Shown: in pieces, positions 39,322 through 48,897 of the stretch
Numbering within the stretch: the stretch's first letter is position 1
Layout: the number at the start of each line of letters is the position of its first letter
Assembly (NCBI GenBank): GCA_044226015.1
Contig: JBGAHS010000006.1
Span: 352,001-416,000, forward strand
Length of the DNA stretch: 64,000 nucleotides
DNA from: Candidatus Obscuribacteraceae bacterium
GTDB taxonomy: Bacteria; Cyanobacteriota; Vampirovibrionia; Obscuribacterales; Obscuribacteraceae
Reading direction: 5' to 3'
The notes under the pieces: generated by a model
The model's input: the letters and a program-made list of their open reading frames with translations, nothing else
The model's database searches: none
What the model was told of the DNA's origin: nothing
Position numbers and translations under genes: made by a program

Positions 39322-40104
39322 TTCAATTTCTCTTTTACGGAATCTCTTTATGACTTTATCTGAAAACGAATCATTGTTGAAGACTTAACATCGTAATGCG
39401 TCTTACTGCAAACATGGCGCCAGCGAAAAAAAATATCGCCATTGCAAAACATTTCTTTTCACGGTCTCTGTGGCGCTCTGGCGCTATGGCGCTGACTTTT
39501 TCTAATAGACAAAAATAGGAGATTTGAACTATAGAAAGAGCATCCTTTGCGTTTTTTTTCCTGGGATTTTAATTGGCACGGGGATATTGCGGGCGGAAAA
39601 CGCCCGCTGCACGGAGGACCCTTCACTCGATTCCCCGCCCCTTGGCAGCCGGAAGCGCCCGCTGGGCGGTGCCCCCGAGATCCCCCGCCCCTTGATTCCA
39701 GGGCGCTCCAAGCTATCTACTATCACGCGAAATTGCTCGTCCCTCCCCGTCGTTGCTGGGTTTCCAGGTCTTGACACAGCTGAATTGACACGTCGTTCTA
39801 ACAGCGTGTTAGCGCGAGGTATGCCCCGCCCGCCGCACGCATACGCCTGCTGCGTTAATTAATCCCATAACGCCATAGTCTCTCCGCCCAGGCACCGTGG
39901 GCGGTACCACCATTAAGTACACTCAACATGGCGAATTGTATTTTTTACTTCGTCATCTCCCTCTCTCATGAACATTGCGGACAACGTTAGGAGCGAAGAT
40001 ATACAACACACTACGGTGCTTACCACGCTGTACACTGTTAAGTCTTGCTTCTTGGCGATCAATGCAGTTCACTGAAATTGCATAGGTTACAAAGGAATTC
40101 ATCA

Positions 40105-40656
40105 ATGAAGGAATCAATAAGCAAACTACTTCTCAGTGAAACAGAAGTGACAGAAAAGTATGGATTGACTTCGCAATGGCTTAGGCGTGCGCGAATGGCT
40201 GGTGTTGATCACGGTCCACCATTCATCAAACTCGGCAGCAGGATTTTTTATCAAGAATCGCTGATCGATAAATACCTGCAGGACAATCTGCATACTTCAG
40301 GCGCTTGCGGTAAAGAAGAATCCAGCCGGATTGATCGAGTATTGAGCCAGCCTTTTTGTACACTCGGATTGAGTATGCCGTTAAGAACTGACTTGCAGTC
40401 CTTAGAAACCAAAGAAGGGATGCTTTTCAGCTGTGATGTGGATTACAACAAAGACTATTTGACCACAGCTCACATATACAGATTCAATGGTGCGCTCGTG
40501 GTATCAGTAGATTCAGAAAAGCTAGCATCTGAATATCCCAAATGTTTCGGACAGATCATTGCGCTCATGAATGGAAAACTAAAAGACCTTCTAAAAAGCA
40601 ATAGCCTGAATAAGCGTTTTGAAAATGTTGGTGAGATTAGCGCCATAGCGCCATAA
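40105..40656 (+). CDS. AlpA/excisionase-like HTH protein with C-terminal extension
   Basis: LLLSETEVTEKYGLTSQWLRRAR...GPPFIKLGSRIFY; AAGGA RBS. Confidence 0.75.
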   Translation: MKESISKLLLSETEVTEKYGLTSQWLRRARMAGVDHGPPFIKLGSRIFYQESLIDKYLQDNLHTSGACGKEESSRIDRVLSQPFCTLGLSMPLRTDLQSLETKEGMLFSCDVDYNKDYLTTAHIYRFNGALVVSVDSEKLASEYPKCFGQIIALMNGKLKDLLKSNSLNKRFENVGEISAIAP

Positions 40657-40851
40657 ATTCTGAAAGCGGTCTGGAGCAAGAGCTTTCCAGTGAATGATGC
40701 TATCGCCATATTGCGTCGTTCAGTTGTTACGGAAAAAACAGGCTTGTCATATAGAGCAATTAACCGGTTACAGACATGTCGCAGCCGGATAACTTATGTG
40801 GATATCAGGCGTGACTTGGTCACCCCAGCAAATGCTAAAAAGGACAAAACA

Positions 40852-41064
40852 ATGACGCAAGATAACTCAGATCTGATGAGCAGACCGGAAGCAGCCAAAT
40901 ATTTAGGTGTAAAAATTGCAACGCTTGAAGATTGGGCTTGTAGAGGACGTTATGGCATTCCATATACAAAGATTGGGCGCTTGGCGAAATACCGAAAATC
41001 TGATCTTGATGCCTTTATTGAAAGTCGCACCGTTAATGGTGCCAGTGAAGAAGATGCAAATTAG
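40852..41064 (+). CDS. Excisionase-family (HTH_17) protein
   Basis: LMSRPEAAKYLGVKIATLEDW...IPYTKIGRLAKYRKSDLDAFI. Confidence 0.88.
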   Translation: MTQDNSDLMSRPEAAKYLGVKIATLEDWACRGRYGIPYTKIGRLAKYRKSDLDAFIESRTVNGASEEDAN

Positions 41065-41917
41065 TCAATTGAAGAATCTAAAAGCTACCTCAACAGGATT
41101 CATCGCCTCCTGCCCTGCGCACGACGACAAAAAACCATCGCTATCTATTGATAGTAGAAACGGAAAGCTTTTAGTTTATTGCCACGCCGGATGTCCGCAA
41201 GATCGCGTGATGGAACTGCTGGATTCTGATGTAATCGGCAAGCACTTAGCGAACAAACCCGATTCCGCGATTGCGGACGAAAAGAAAAGAGAAGCCATTC
41301 GCCGGGTATGGGAGGAAGCGAAGCCAATCAAGACTTCGGATCTTGCCGCAACGTACTTGAGAAACCGAGGCATCAACCTCATGGAGTTTCCCGAATCGTT
41401 AAGATTTCATCCATCAGTAAAAGCCAAAGTAGATGAAGTGTTTATGTCATTTCCAGCGATGCTAGCTCGATTTGACGATAGCAACGGAGCAATGATTCAA
41501 GTTCATAGGACGCTCCTAAGCGCAGATGGCAGAAAGGCAAATATAGAATCTCCGAAGCGCATGATGAGTTCGCCGTCAGGCAACAACACCAGAGGCGGCG
41601 CCATAAGGCTGTTTCCCGCTGGTCGCCAATTGGGAATAGCAGAGGGAATTGAATCAGCCCTGGCGTGCAATTTAGCGACATCAATCCCAGTATGGAGCTG
41701 CTACTCAGCGACATGCATGGAATCCGTTGTCATTCCGGATGCGGTAGAAGAATTGTATGTGTTCGCCGATCACGATTCAGCAGGAACCAAAAGTGCGCGC
41801 GCAGTCGCCACTCGGTTAGCGAGGCAAAAGTTAAAGGTAAAAGTGTTAGTCCCGCCCACGCTTGGGCAGGATTGGCTCGATGTATGGAATGCTCACAATG
41901 ACATATCAAATGAATGA
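41054..41917 (+). CDS. Zn-finger plus TOPRIM primase
   Basis: CPAHDDKKPSL...CHAGC, IAEGIESAL, FADHDSAG, DWLD. Confidence 0.9.
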   Translation: MQISQLKNLKATSTGFIASCPAHDDKKPSLSIDSRNGKLLVYCHAGCPQDRVMELLDSDVIGKHLANKPDSAIADEKKREAIRRVWEEAKPIKTSDLAATYLRNRGINLMEFPESLRFHPSVKAKVDEVFMSFPAMLARFDDSNGAMIQVHRTLLSADGRKANIESPKRMMSSPSGNNTRGGAIRLFPAGRQLGIAEGIESALACNLATSIPVWSCYSATCMESVVIPDAVEELYVFADHDSAGTKSARAVATRLARQKLKVKVLVPPTLGQDWLDVWNAHNDISNE

Positions 41918-43457
41918 GATCATGCAAGCGGTACATAGCACACCGTTTTTTGATCCTGACGCCAAAGACGAAAACAAAAACAAAAGCACAGAAAGATCTA
42001 ACAAAAAAGCAGGAGAGATTCTTATCGACTGCACCACGTCGTGGGAAACCTGGAGATGCCCCTTAGGAAAAAGCTTTGTGAGTTTTGAGGCGAATGGACA
42101 TATCGAGCACCACGGAGTGCGCGACAACACCACGGCGCTAAAGCTCCAGCTTGAATATTACAAGAGCACCGGAACTGCGGCGAAGAAGTCTAATATTGAT
42201 GAATGCCTGGACAATCTCGAAGCTAAAGCGCTATTTGAAAACAGAGTTTATAGGACTGCGATTAGAGTCGCAGAATGGGAAGGCTCGATATATCATGACC
42301 TGGGCAACGACAAATGGGAAGCGATTAAAATAACTGCAGACGGTTATAACCTCGTTGATTCAAAGGAATTATCACAAACAGGATTTCGCTTTTTGCGCAA
42401 GCAGGCAATGCTTCCTCTGCCCTATCCACAAGAAGCGAGTACAAATCTGCAAGAGCTTTTTGCCATCTGCGGAATTCAAGATCAAGCAAATCAAATCCTG
42501 TTGAGTGGAATTCTAATTCAAGGTATCAATCCGAACGGACCGTATCCAATTTGCGTGATCCGAGGTACACAAGGGACGGGTAAATCGACTTTATCACGAA
42601 TGATTCGCCGTATTATTGATCCGAATCAAGCGGAAATCCGCTCTCTACCAAATGAAGAAGATCACTTTGGAATTCAATGCGAAAACAGTCATTTTTCTGT
42701 GTTCGACAACGTAAGTACACAGGACCTTCCGAGATGGTTTTATGATACGTGCTGCCGCCTAGCCACAGGCGCTGGTGCTAGCAAGCGCGCACTGTATAAA
42801 AATAACGACGAGGTTATCCGCAACATCTGTCGCCCTCTACTGATAAACGGAATAGATGATATGGTTGCCAGAGGCGACTTTCTAGAACGCGCCGTCATCA
42901 TCGAACTCAAACCTATTGATCCAGGTCGAAGAAAAACTCAAAGAGAAATCGAGGAAGCATTCGGAGAAGCTCATCCTCGGCTTTTGGGCGCTTTGTATCA
43001 TTTAACCTCCAGTGCACTCGCCAACAGAAATAAAGTCAGACTGAAAGAACTTCCAAGAATGGCTGACTTCTGCCAATGGATAACTGCATGTGAAGACGCC
43101 CTTCAATGGGAGCCAGGAACATTTGCAAGGACTTTGAAAGCGAACAGCCTGGATATGAATGACCTGGCGCTTGAATCATCTTCATTGGGATCTGCAATTA
43201 GGAAGGCTCTGCCTCTCGGAATTGAATCAACGAAAGATGCGGATCTCGAATACAAGAGCGCCAATGAAATTTTGAAAGTGCTAAGTAGATATAATGAAGA
43301 TCCAAACGACAGGACATTTCCTAAAACAGGCGCTGCTTTAAGCCGTCAGCTTAAAAGACTCGTTCCGCTGTTGAACCACGAGGGTTATGAGGTCGAGTTT
43401 CATAGAAAAGAGACAAATCTCAGACCTTTATCTATCCGGAGGATGAAGACCGAGTAG
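41898..43457 (+). CDS. P-loop ATPase / putative replicative helicase
   Basis: GTQGTGKS Walker A, FDNV, LINGI, DFLER; follows the primase; start uncertain. Confidence 0.8.
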   Translation: MTYQMNEIMQAVHSTPFFDPDAKDENKNKSTERSNKKAGEILIDCTTSWETWRCPLGKSFVSFEANGHIEHHGVRDNTTALKLQLEYYKSTGTAAKKSNIDECLDNLEAKALFENRVYRTAIRVAEWEGSIYHDLGNDKWEAIKITADGYNLVDSKELSQTGFRFLRKQAMLPLPYPQEASTNLQELFAICGIQDQANQILLSGILIQGINPNGPYPICVIRGTQGTGKSTLSRMIRRIIDPNQAEIRSLPNEEDHFGIQCENSHFSVFDNVSTQDLPRWFYDTCCRLATGAGASKRALYKNNDEVIRNICRPLLINGIDDMVARGDFLERAVIIELKPIDPGRRKTQREIEEAFGEAHPRLLGALYHLTSSALANRNKVRLKELPRMADFCQWITACEDALQWEPGTFARTLKANSLDMNDLALESSSLGSAIRKALPLGIESTKDADLEYKSANEILKVLSRYNEDPNDRTFPKTGAALSRQLKRLVPLLNHEGYEVEFHRKETNLRPLSIRRMKTE

Positions 43458-43461
43458 GCGT

Positions 43462-44160
43462 CTATCTTGGTTCGAGAACGGATCGGACTCTTTCGTAGGC
43501 ACGATCAACGTCCAAAGACTCCAACGAGATCATCAGCTTAAAATCAGGAGACTTTAATAGCTCAGCAAGGCTCTCAATAATATGAGCAGAATCATTTTCC
43601 TGGGCAAGAGCAAGCAATTTCAATAAAACTGCGAGGCACTTTGTGAATACTCCATTAATTGAATTTTTTACCTCCTGCTCCACGCTTGCAAAATATGTAC
43701 GCAAATCAGAAGCTATGAAATGTTCTGCCTCTCTTGATTGTCTTCCGCGCTTAGTAGGTACACGATCAAGGGCTAATTCGCAGATCCTATTGGTTGTAAT
43801 CAATAACTCCTCTGTATGATCCAATAGGCACCGCCCTTGGTGCCAGTCTGGTATTAGAATATCCATTATCGAACTTTCTAAAATGGTGCGACTTGAAGGA
43901 CTCAGTTCCTGTAAAGAATTTAGCGCAGCTTCAATGGATTTACTGAGAATCGCAAGTTGCTTTCTGCTCTCGTTTACTGTACCAATCTCCGCAGCCTTTA
44001 TGAACATACCTGCAAGGACTTTCGGTAGGTCGCGGCGTTGTGCTTCTGTGAGAAGCAAACCACAATCAGTAGCCCAAACGCCAGCCACAATGCCGAACAA
44101 TTCTTCGATATCGCCTCCATATATTTCTAAGATCCATTCAGTTGGAGGCAAATTTGCCAT
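43462..44160 (-). CDS. Hypothetical protein
   Basis: 232-aa helical ORF inside the element. Confidence 0.6.
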   Translation of the reverse strand: MANLPPTEWILEIYGGDIEELFGIVAGVWATDCGLLLTEAQRRDLPKVLAGMFIKAAEIGTVNESRKQLAILSKSIEAALNSLQELSPSSRTILESSIMDILIPDWHQGRCLLDHTEELLITTNRICELALDRVPTKRGRQSREAEHFIASDLRTYFASVEQEVKNSINGVFTKCLAVLLKLLALAQENDSAHIIESLAELLKSPDFKLMISLESLDVDRAYERVRSVLEPR

Positions 44161-44288
44161 AAGCTTTGCGGTTCCTGCGCGTAGAGATTATCAAGAAATG
44201 CGTAATGTAAAACGCCACTTGAGGAAGTATTGTTTTAGCACTTTTTTGCGTGTTTTATCAACAATAAGCGCCAGTAACAGGAGGGATT

Positions 44289-44498
44289 ATGGAAAGAAAT
44301 TCAAAGAAGCTTCTGACCGAAATTGAGGTGGAAATCACGTATGGAATCACGCGCCATTGGTTGCGAAGAAAACGAGTGGAAGGCGGCGGACCAGAATTCT
44401 TCAAGATCGGAAGGAATGTCCGTTACTCAGCCGAAAAAATCGAAGCTTTCATATCTGGAAGCCAGCAAAGCTCAACAAGCGCATTTTCTCAGCGCTAG
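44289..44498 (+). CDS. AlpA/excisionase-like HTH (candidate recombination directionality factor)
   Basis: LLTEIEVEITYGITRHWLRRKRVEGGGPEFFKIGRNVRY; convergent with and overlapping the integrase. Confidence 0.8.
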   Translation: MERNSKKLLTEIEVEITYGITRHWLRRKRVEGGGPEFFKIGRNVRYSAEKIEAFISGSQQSSTSAFSQR

Positions 44499-45748
44499 CA
44501 TTCTGATGTTTCAACTTTCGAAAGAATGAAATTAGTGATCCTTTCCATCGGTACTCTGAGTCGCTCGATGTCAGAGACTATATAACCAGCCGTGACATCA
44601 TTGCTAGTACTATGATTCAAAAGACGCTTAAGAGGATATCCCTGAATATCGAGAGCTTCAGCAACAGTAGCAAACGTCCGGCGAAGGTCATGGCAAGTAA
44701 ATTCAATACCAGTCTTTCTCGTAACCTCCATCATGGGTTTTCTTGGATCAACCAGATGACCTGATGCGCCATCGCCCGGAAAGACGAACGTTGATGAGCT
44801 TTCCTTCTTAATTTCAAGAAGGAAATTCGAAACATGAGGGGTAAGAGGTAGCGTATGGACAGAGCCATTCTTGGTGTCAGTTACTGTAAGCGTGGCTGAC
44901 TTAAAATCAATATCTTTCCATTGAAGCGCCGAAGCCTCTTCTTTGCGTAGCCCAGTAAACAAAAGCAACTTCAAATAATTTCTCACTATCATATTCTCAA
45001 GCGTCTCTACGGCATCATGCCATGGCTTCAGCTCATGAGCCTTCAGTACAGTCTGCCTTCGAGGAATTTTATTCCAAGCCTTGATTTGAGATATTCTGCT
45101 AACGGGGTTGATGCTGATTTGCAAATCCGAATCATCAAATTTATGTTGAGCGTAATTAAATAACGCACGCAAGATGCGCATGACTTGATTTGCTTGTGCC
45201 TTCCCATTCCAATCACTACTTCGTCTTTTAAGTCCTGTATTGCCAAGATCCTTGAAGCGTCGCTCAATCATATCTTTGGAAATCTCAGTTATTGGTCGGT
45301 CCATCCAATCAGACACGCAACGATTTAGAATCTTCAGATATCCACGTTTCGTCGATTCCTTGAGGCTTGAGCGATCTGCAAGGTAGTTTTCCAAAACGAA
45401 ACGGAGAGTCGCAGATCTCCGAGACTGAACTATTCTTTCCTGCCGCAACGATTCTTTAGCGACTGCATTTGGGTCAATTCCTTTTGCGAAATCCCCGAGA
45501 GTTCTTAATGCGAGTTCTCTCGCTTGATGGTGGGTGATGCTGCCCAACTTGCCCAGGCTGACCCGAATTACCTTACGACTCCCTTTGATACGTCCCTGTT
45601 GAAAAAACATCGCACCAGTAGGAGTGACACGTACCCCAAACCCTGACGGTTCACCTAAAAAGTGATAACCAGGCTGGGAGAGCAGCGCATCAATTGTCTT
45701 TTTTGTGATCTTGGGCATGACTGGAGTATCCATGAAACTTACACTCAT
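44495..45748 (-). CDS. int: Tyrosine integrase (P4-like, with arm-binding domain)
   Basis: TGLRKEE, TKNG, HDLRRT, LLNH...T.GY catalytic set; adjacent to attR. Confidence 0.95.
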   Translation of the reverse strand: MSVSFMDTPVMPKITKKTIDALLSQPGYHFLGEPSGFGVRVTPTGAMFFQQGRIKGSRKVIRVSLGKLGSITHHQARELALRTLGDFAKGIDPNAVAKESLRQERIVQSRRSATLRFVLENYLADRSSLKESTKRGYLKILNRCVSDWMDRPITEISKDMIERRFKDLGNTGLKRRSSDWNGKAQANQVMRILRALFNYAQHKFDDSDLQISINPVSRISQIKAWNKIPRRQTVLKAHELKPWHDAVETLENMIVRNYLKLLLFTGLRKEEASALQWKDIDFKSATLTVTDTKNGSVHTLPLTPHVSNFLLEIKKESSSTFVFPGDGASGHLVDPRKPMMEVTRKTGIEFTCHDLRRTFATVAEALDIQGYPLKRLLNHSTSNDVTAGYIVSDIERLRVPMERITNFILSKVETSEC

Positions 45749-45899
45749 ATGATACTCCATTTTCGGATAAGTCTTGCCTTGTTTCACTAAAACATGCACA
45801 ATTCAATCCATCCGCATAAGCTTACCCTTGCAGGCTTTACCGAATCTTGCCAAAACCGACCAGACTTCACCAAATCTTAGAATCAACGTTGCCCATATA

Positions 45900-45942
45900 A
45901 CTGTTAATCACTTGGTCGCTGGTTCGAATCCAGCCTCGGGAG
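45900..45942 (+). repeat. attR: duplicated 3' part of tRNA-Asn
   Basis: Identical to 35867-35909 and followed by CCA. Confidence 0.95.
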
Positions 45943-46091
45943 CCATTTTTCAGCGATTGGTTAATCGCAAAATCGAATAAAGTGACCTATAGATGACCGC
46001 CGAATATAAATTGGTGGTTTTTCTTTTTGCTGCTTTTAACGCGGAATGAATTCTGCCGATTTATGTTCGTCATGATGCCCCTTTCTTTCTC

Positions 46092-47114
46092 TCAATTTGT
46101 GTGAGGCTGCGAGCAGAACATTTGGTAGTATTCGGCCCACTTTGACTTTGTCATTTGCCAATCCGAATAAATGCAAATTCCTTGGTAACAATTAGGCGGC
46201 TTTTCACCAAGTCCAGCGTTGATCCCGCGCAGTGAATGAAATAGGTTTTCCGTATTTGGGTCATGATATCCAGCACCTGCATCATCATATGCTGGCAGAC
46301 CCAGCAGCACCTGCTTCGGGCTGTACCAGGCTAGAACATCATGTGTCCAATCTTTCATTTGTTGCTCGTACAGACCTGGAGAACGCAGTGATGTGTCATA
46401 CATCATTACTACTGCTTGATCGATAAGAGCAGCAACACTGCGTGAGTAGGATTCATCCCAGTGCACATCAGCATTCTGCTGCCAGAAAGTTGGTGGTGGG
46501 TACGCTGCAATAGATATTAGCTTACCTTCTGGTATCTGATTTCGAAGTTCTTGCAGCAGCAGCAAATAATCATTATTTCCTGAGCGTAGCGGTTCAATAT
46601 TTACGTGAATGCCAGCCAATCTTGGATGTTTTTCTAAAATACTTGCACATGACTTTGCAAATGCTTTTCTCCAGCGGTCATCATGCAAAAAAACGGTTTG
46701 CTTGTTCACACCACCGACCCAAGGCATTACTTGAAATCCCTGGAAGTTGTCTAAGAATCGTTCAACTTGAGTATCGTTGGAACAGGCAATCTGTCCAGCT
46801 TTAGCAGCGGGGCAAAGATGTGGAAACACATACTTTATGTGCGCATTTCTCAGTCGATCAGATGTTTCCTTCAACATATCTGCATCACGAAATGTTCTTG
46901 ACTCTTTTTTGTTTTCTATAAACCATGTATCGTCCCCCAGCCACCCATGTTGCATCCAGAGTCCATTAGCCATGCGGTCATACCGCCCGTCACGAACATC
47001 AAGTCCAGGTGACCAGAAGAAATAAACCAATGAAGCCAGAATCGCCAAAACACACAGTAACACACAGTGAGTTAACCAATTTTGAAAGTATTTTCTGCTT
47101 GTATCGGTGTGCAC
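46092..47114 (-). CDS. Membrane-anchored GH18-like TIM-barrel protein
   Basis: GIHVNIEP, VVMMYD, LLGLPAY; GTG start chosen by RBS because the longer ORF begins inside the IS110. Confidence 0.65.
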   Translation of the reverse strand: MHTDTSRKYFQNWLTHCVLLCVLAILASLVYFFWSPGLDVRDGRYDRMANGLWMQHGWLGDDTWFIENKKESRTFRDADMLKETSDRLRNAHIKYVFPHLCPAAKAGQIACSNDTQVERFLDNFQGFQVMPWVGGVNKQTVFLHDDRWRKAFAKSCASILEKHPRLAGIHVNIEPLRSGNNDYLLLLQELRNQIPEGKLISIAAYPPPTFWQQNADVHWDESYSRSVAALIDQAVVMMYDTSLRSPGLYEQQMKDWTHDVLAWYSPKQVLLGLPAYDDAGAGYHDPNTENLFHSLRGINAGLGEKPPNCYQGICIYSDWQMTKSKWAEYYQMFCSQPHTN

Positions 47115-47445
47115 TGCGAATGCCCCTCCCAACCGCCATATTACTATTATTCTCGAATGAAAGCGTGCCGGTACATGAAATGCCAATGGTAATCTCTTCG
47201 AGCCAATCATCACCAGAGCGTGAGCGAGCATTACCAGAGAGTTGTACGAAGGACAACCGATAGGTAATGCAGATATCGTGTTGAGTGTCAATAGCCCAAG
47301 ATCGGGGACAGCAGAGGCACGCGACGTTTTTCATCGTCAGTTGCCTTCCATACGCAATCAGCGCTATTGTTTCTAGAGGTGATCCCAATGCGGCCGCGAG
47401 CGCTGATCCCTCCTAGAAGGAATTAAGCGCCAAGCTCCACTCAGC

Positions 47446-48409
47446 TCAAGCGGAGACTATGTCGTCGCGGAAAGGCGTTCCAGACTTAAGTACGCCAAAT
47501 ATAATGTGCAAAAGCTTTCTCATAGAGGCTCCAACGGCCTTCATTGGAACCTTTCCATTCGCGATTAGGTTTCGATAAAATCGCGCAATGACGGGATTGT
47601 GATCTTTGCCACTATCGCCGGCAGAAGAAAGAGTGCTGAACGCAATCAGCATTTCCTGTTTTTGGATAGTCGAGTTCGTCCACGGATGGAGCTGCCAGAT
47701 CTGATTTCGCTGGGGCTGAACCTGCAAATGCCACCAGTTGTTTGGCATTCTCAAACAATTCAGTGAAGGAACTTCAGTGAGAATCACGTTTGCTGTTTCC
47801 TCACCAACTGCTGGAATAGACATGATCGGTTTCCGCTTCTGCTGCAGGTCGGATGCTTTTTGTAAAGCCTTTCAATTTGTCTTCAATTCGACCGATTTCT
47901 AGATCAGCACTTGAGGATGCGGTTCACCGAATCCATGTCAGCATGGTTTGCTTTCTCTGTTGATAAGCGGTTCTCTCCGCAACCCCTGAGCGCGTTAGAT
48001 CGTAGAGCGCCTCACCAGCATTTGTAATTGACGCACTTCGGGAGCTGGTGGGTGCCGCAGCTTTAGTTCATTGTTTAGCGCCGTCTGAGTACCCCAGCAT
48101 CGACTTTGTCTGTTTTGGTTCCTTCCAGCTCCTCTGAGCAAATCGCCTGATACCGTCAAGTTCGGCAGCTAACAGACTCGCCTGCCAGTGAAAGAGAAAA
48201 ATCAGCGAGGTCATATAATACGCACCCGGTGGCTTCCTGCAGAACAATGCGTTCTCAACTCCGATTTTTTGCAACCAGCGCAAGCCCTGGAAGCCTTTTT
48301 CGGTTTGTGAAACTGATGGTGTTTCTCTTTCCCTGTCACCTCCACGACGCTCGAAATCTTTCGAGATGTCGATTCCAACAAAACAGTCGAACATGCAATC
48401 CCTCTTCAT
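47446..48409 (-). pseudogene. IS110 recombinase, multiply frameshifted in this sequence
   Basis: FVGIDISK N-terminus, SIPAVGEETA, MRKLLHIIFGVLKSG C-terminus. Confidence 0.85.
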
Positions 48410-48429
48410 TCTGATTTTCTAGTTATAAG

Positions 48430-48640
48430 ACGCATGGTAATGCCTGACTTGGTCAACCTACTAGTCAGACTCTCACTCAAAGTGGGTCTTAGATATCGTC
48501 CGACCTGCATATCAGGATAGGGAAGGCAAACAAATCTGCCATTACAGGATCAAGTCCTAAAGATAAACACTGTTTTGCCTTCCCCCTACCTCAGCGTCCC
48601 GAAGTAGAGCTTGATCAGCCGGAGTTCCAGTGTCAAGCCA
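48430..48640 (-). ncRNA. Putative bridge RNA of IS110 copy 1 (boundaries approximate)
   Basis: Target loop with TTTATCT and GTAATGGCAGAT; donor loop with ACGATATCT. Confidence 0.75.
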
Positions 48641-48897
48641 TCGTTATCGAAGATAGCAAGATAAAAGGTCTCTCCTCGTACCTCGAATGCTACTACTGAC
48701 CGGGCTCTATAGAGGAGATTGACAGGGCTCGCCAGTCGAAATCCACTGCAAAAGACCATATATGCATCCAAGCTCTACATCTAAAGAGGAGAACAAATCT
48801 GCTGGATAAGATCTAGGGTGAACGGACTAGATGAGGTTCTTCTTCCAGTAGTTGGAGCCACAATGCTGTGCAGATTTCGCGTATGCGATAATGTCCA

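Larger units (their letters stand above)
47271..48660 (-). mobile_element. IS110-family (IS621-like) element, copy 1
   Basis: Ends defined by alignment with copy 2; TATCT at both junctions; no terminal inverted repeats. Confidence 0.92.

Noticed and set aside
39524..39862. Overlapping ORFs in the GC-rich island
   Set aside because: Open in several frames because of high GC; no protein-like signal.
45900..45945. Second tRNA-Asn
   Set aside because: Only the 3' part is present; it is the attR repeat.
47446..48409. Programmed frameshifting in the IS110 recombinase
   Set aside because: Indels are numerous and differ between the two copies, which fits error or decay rather than a programmed site.
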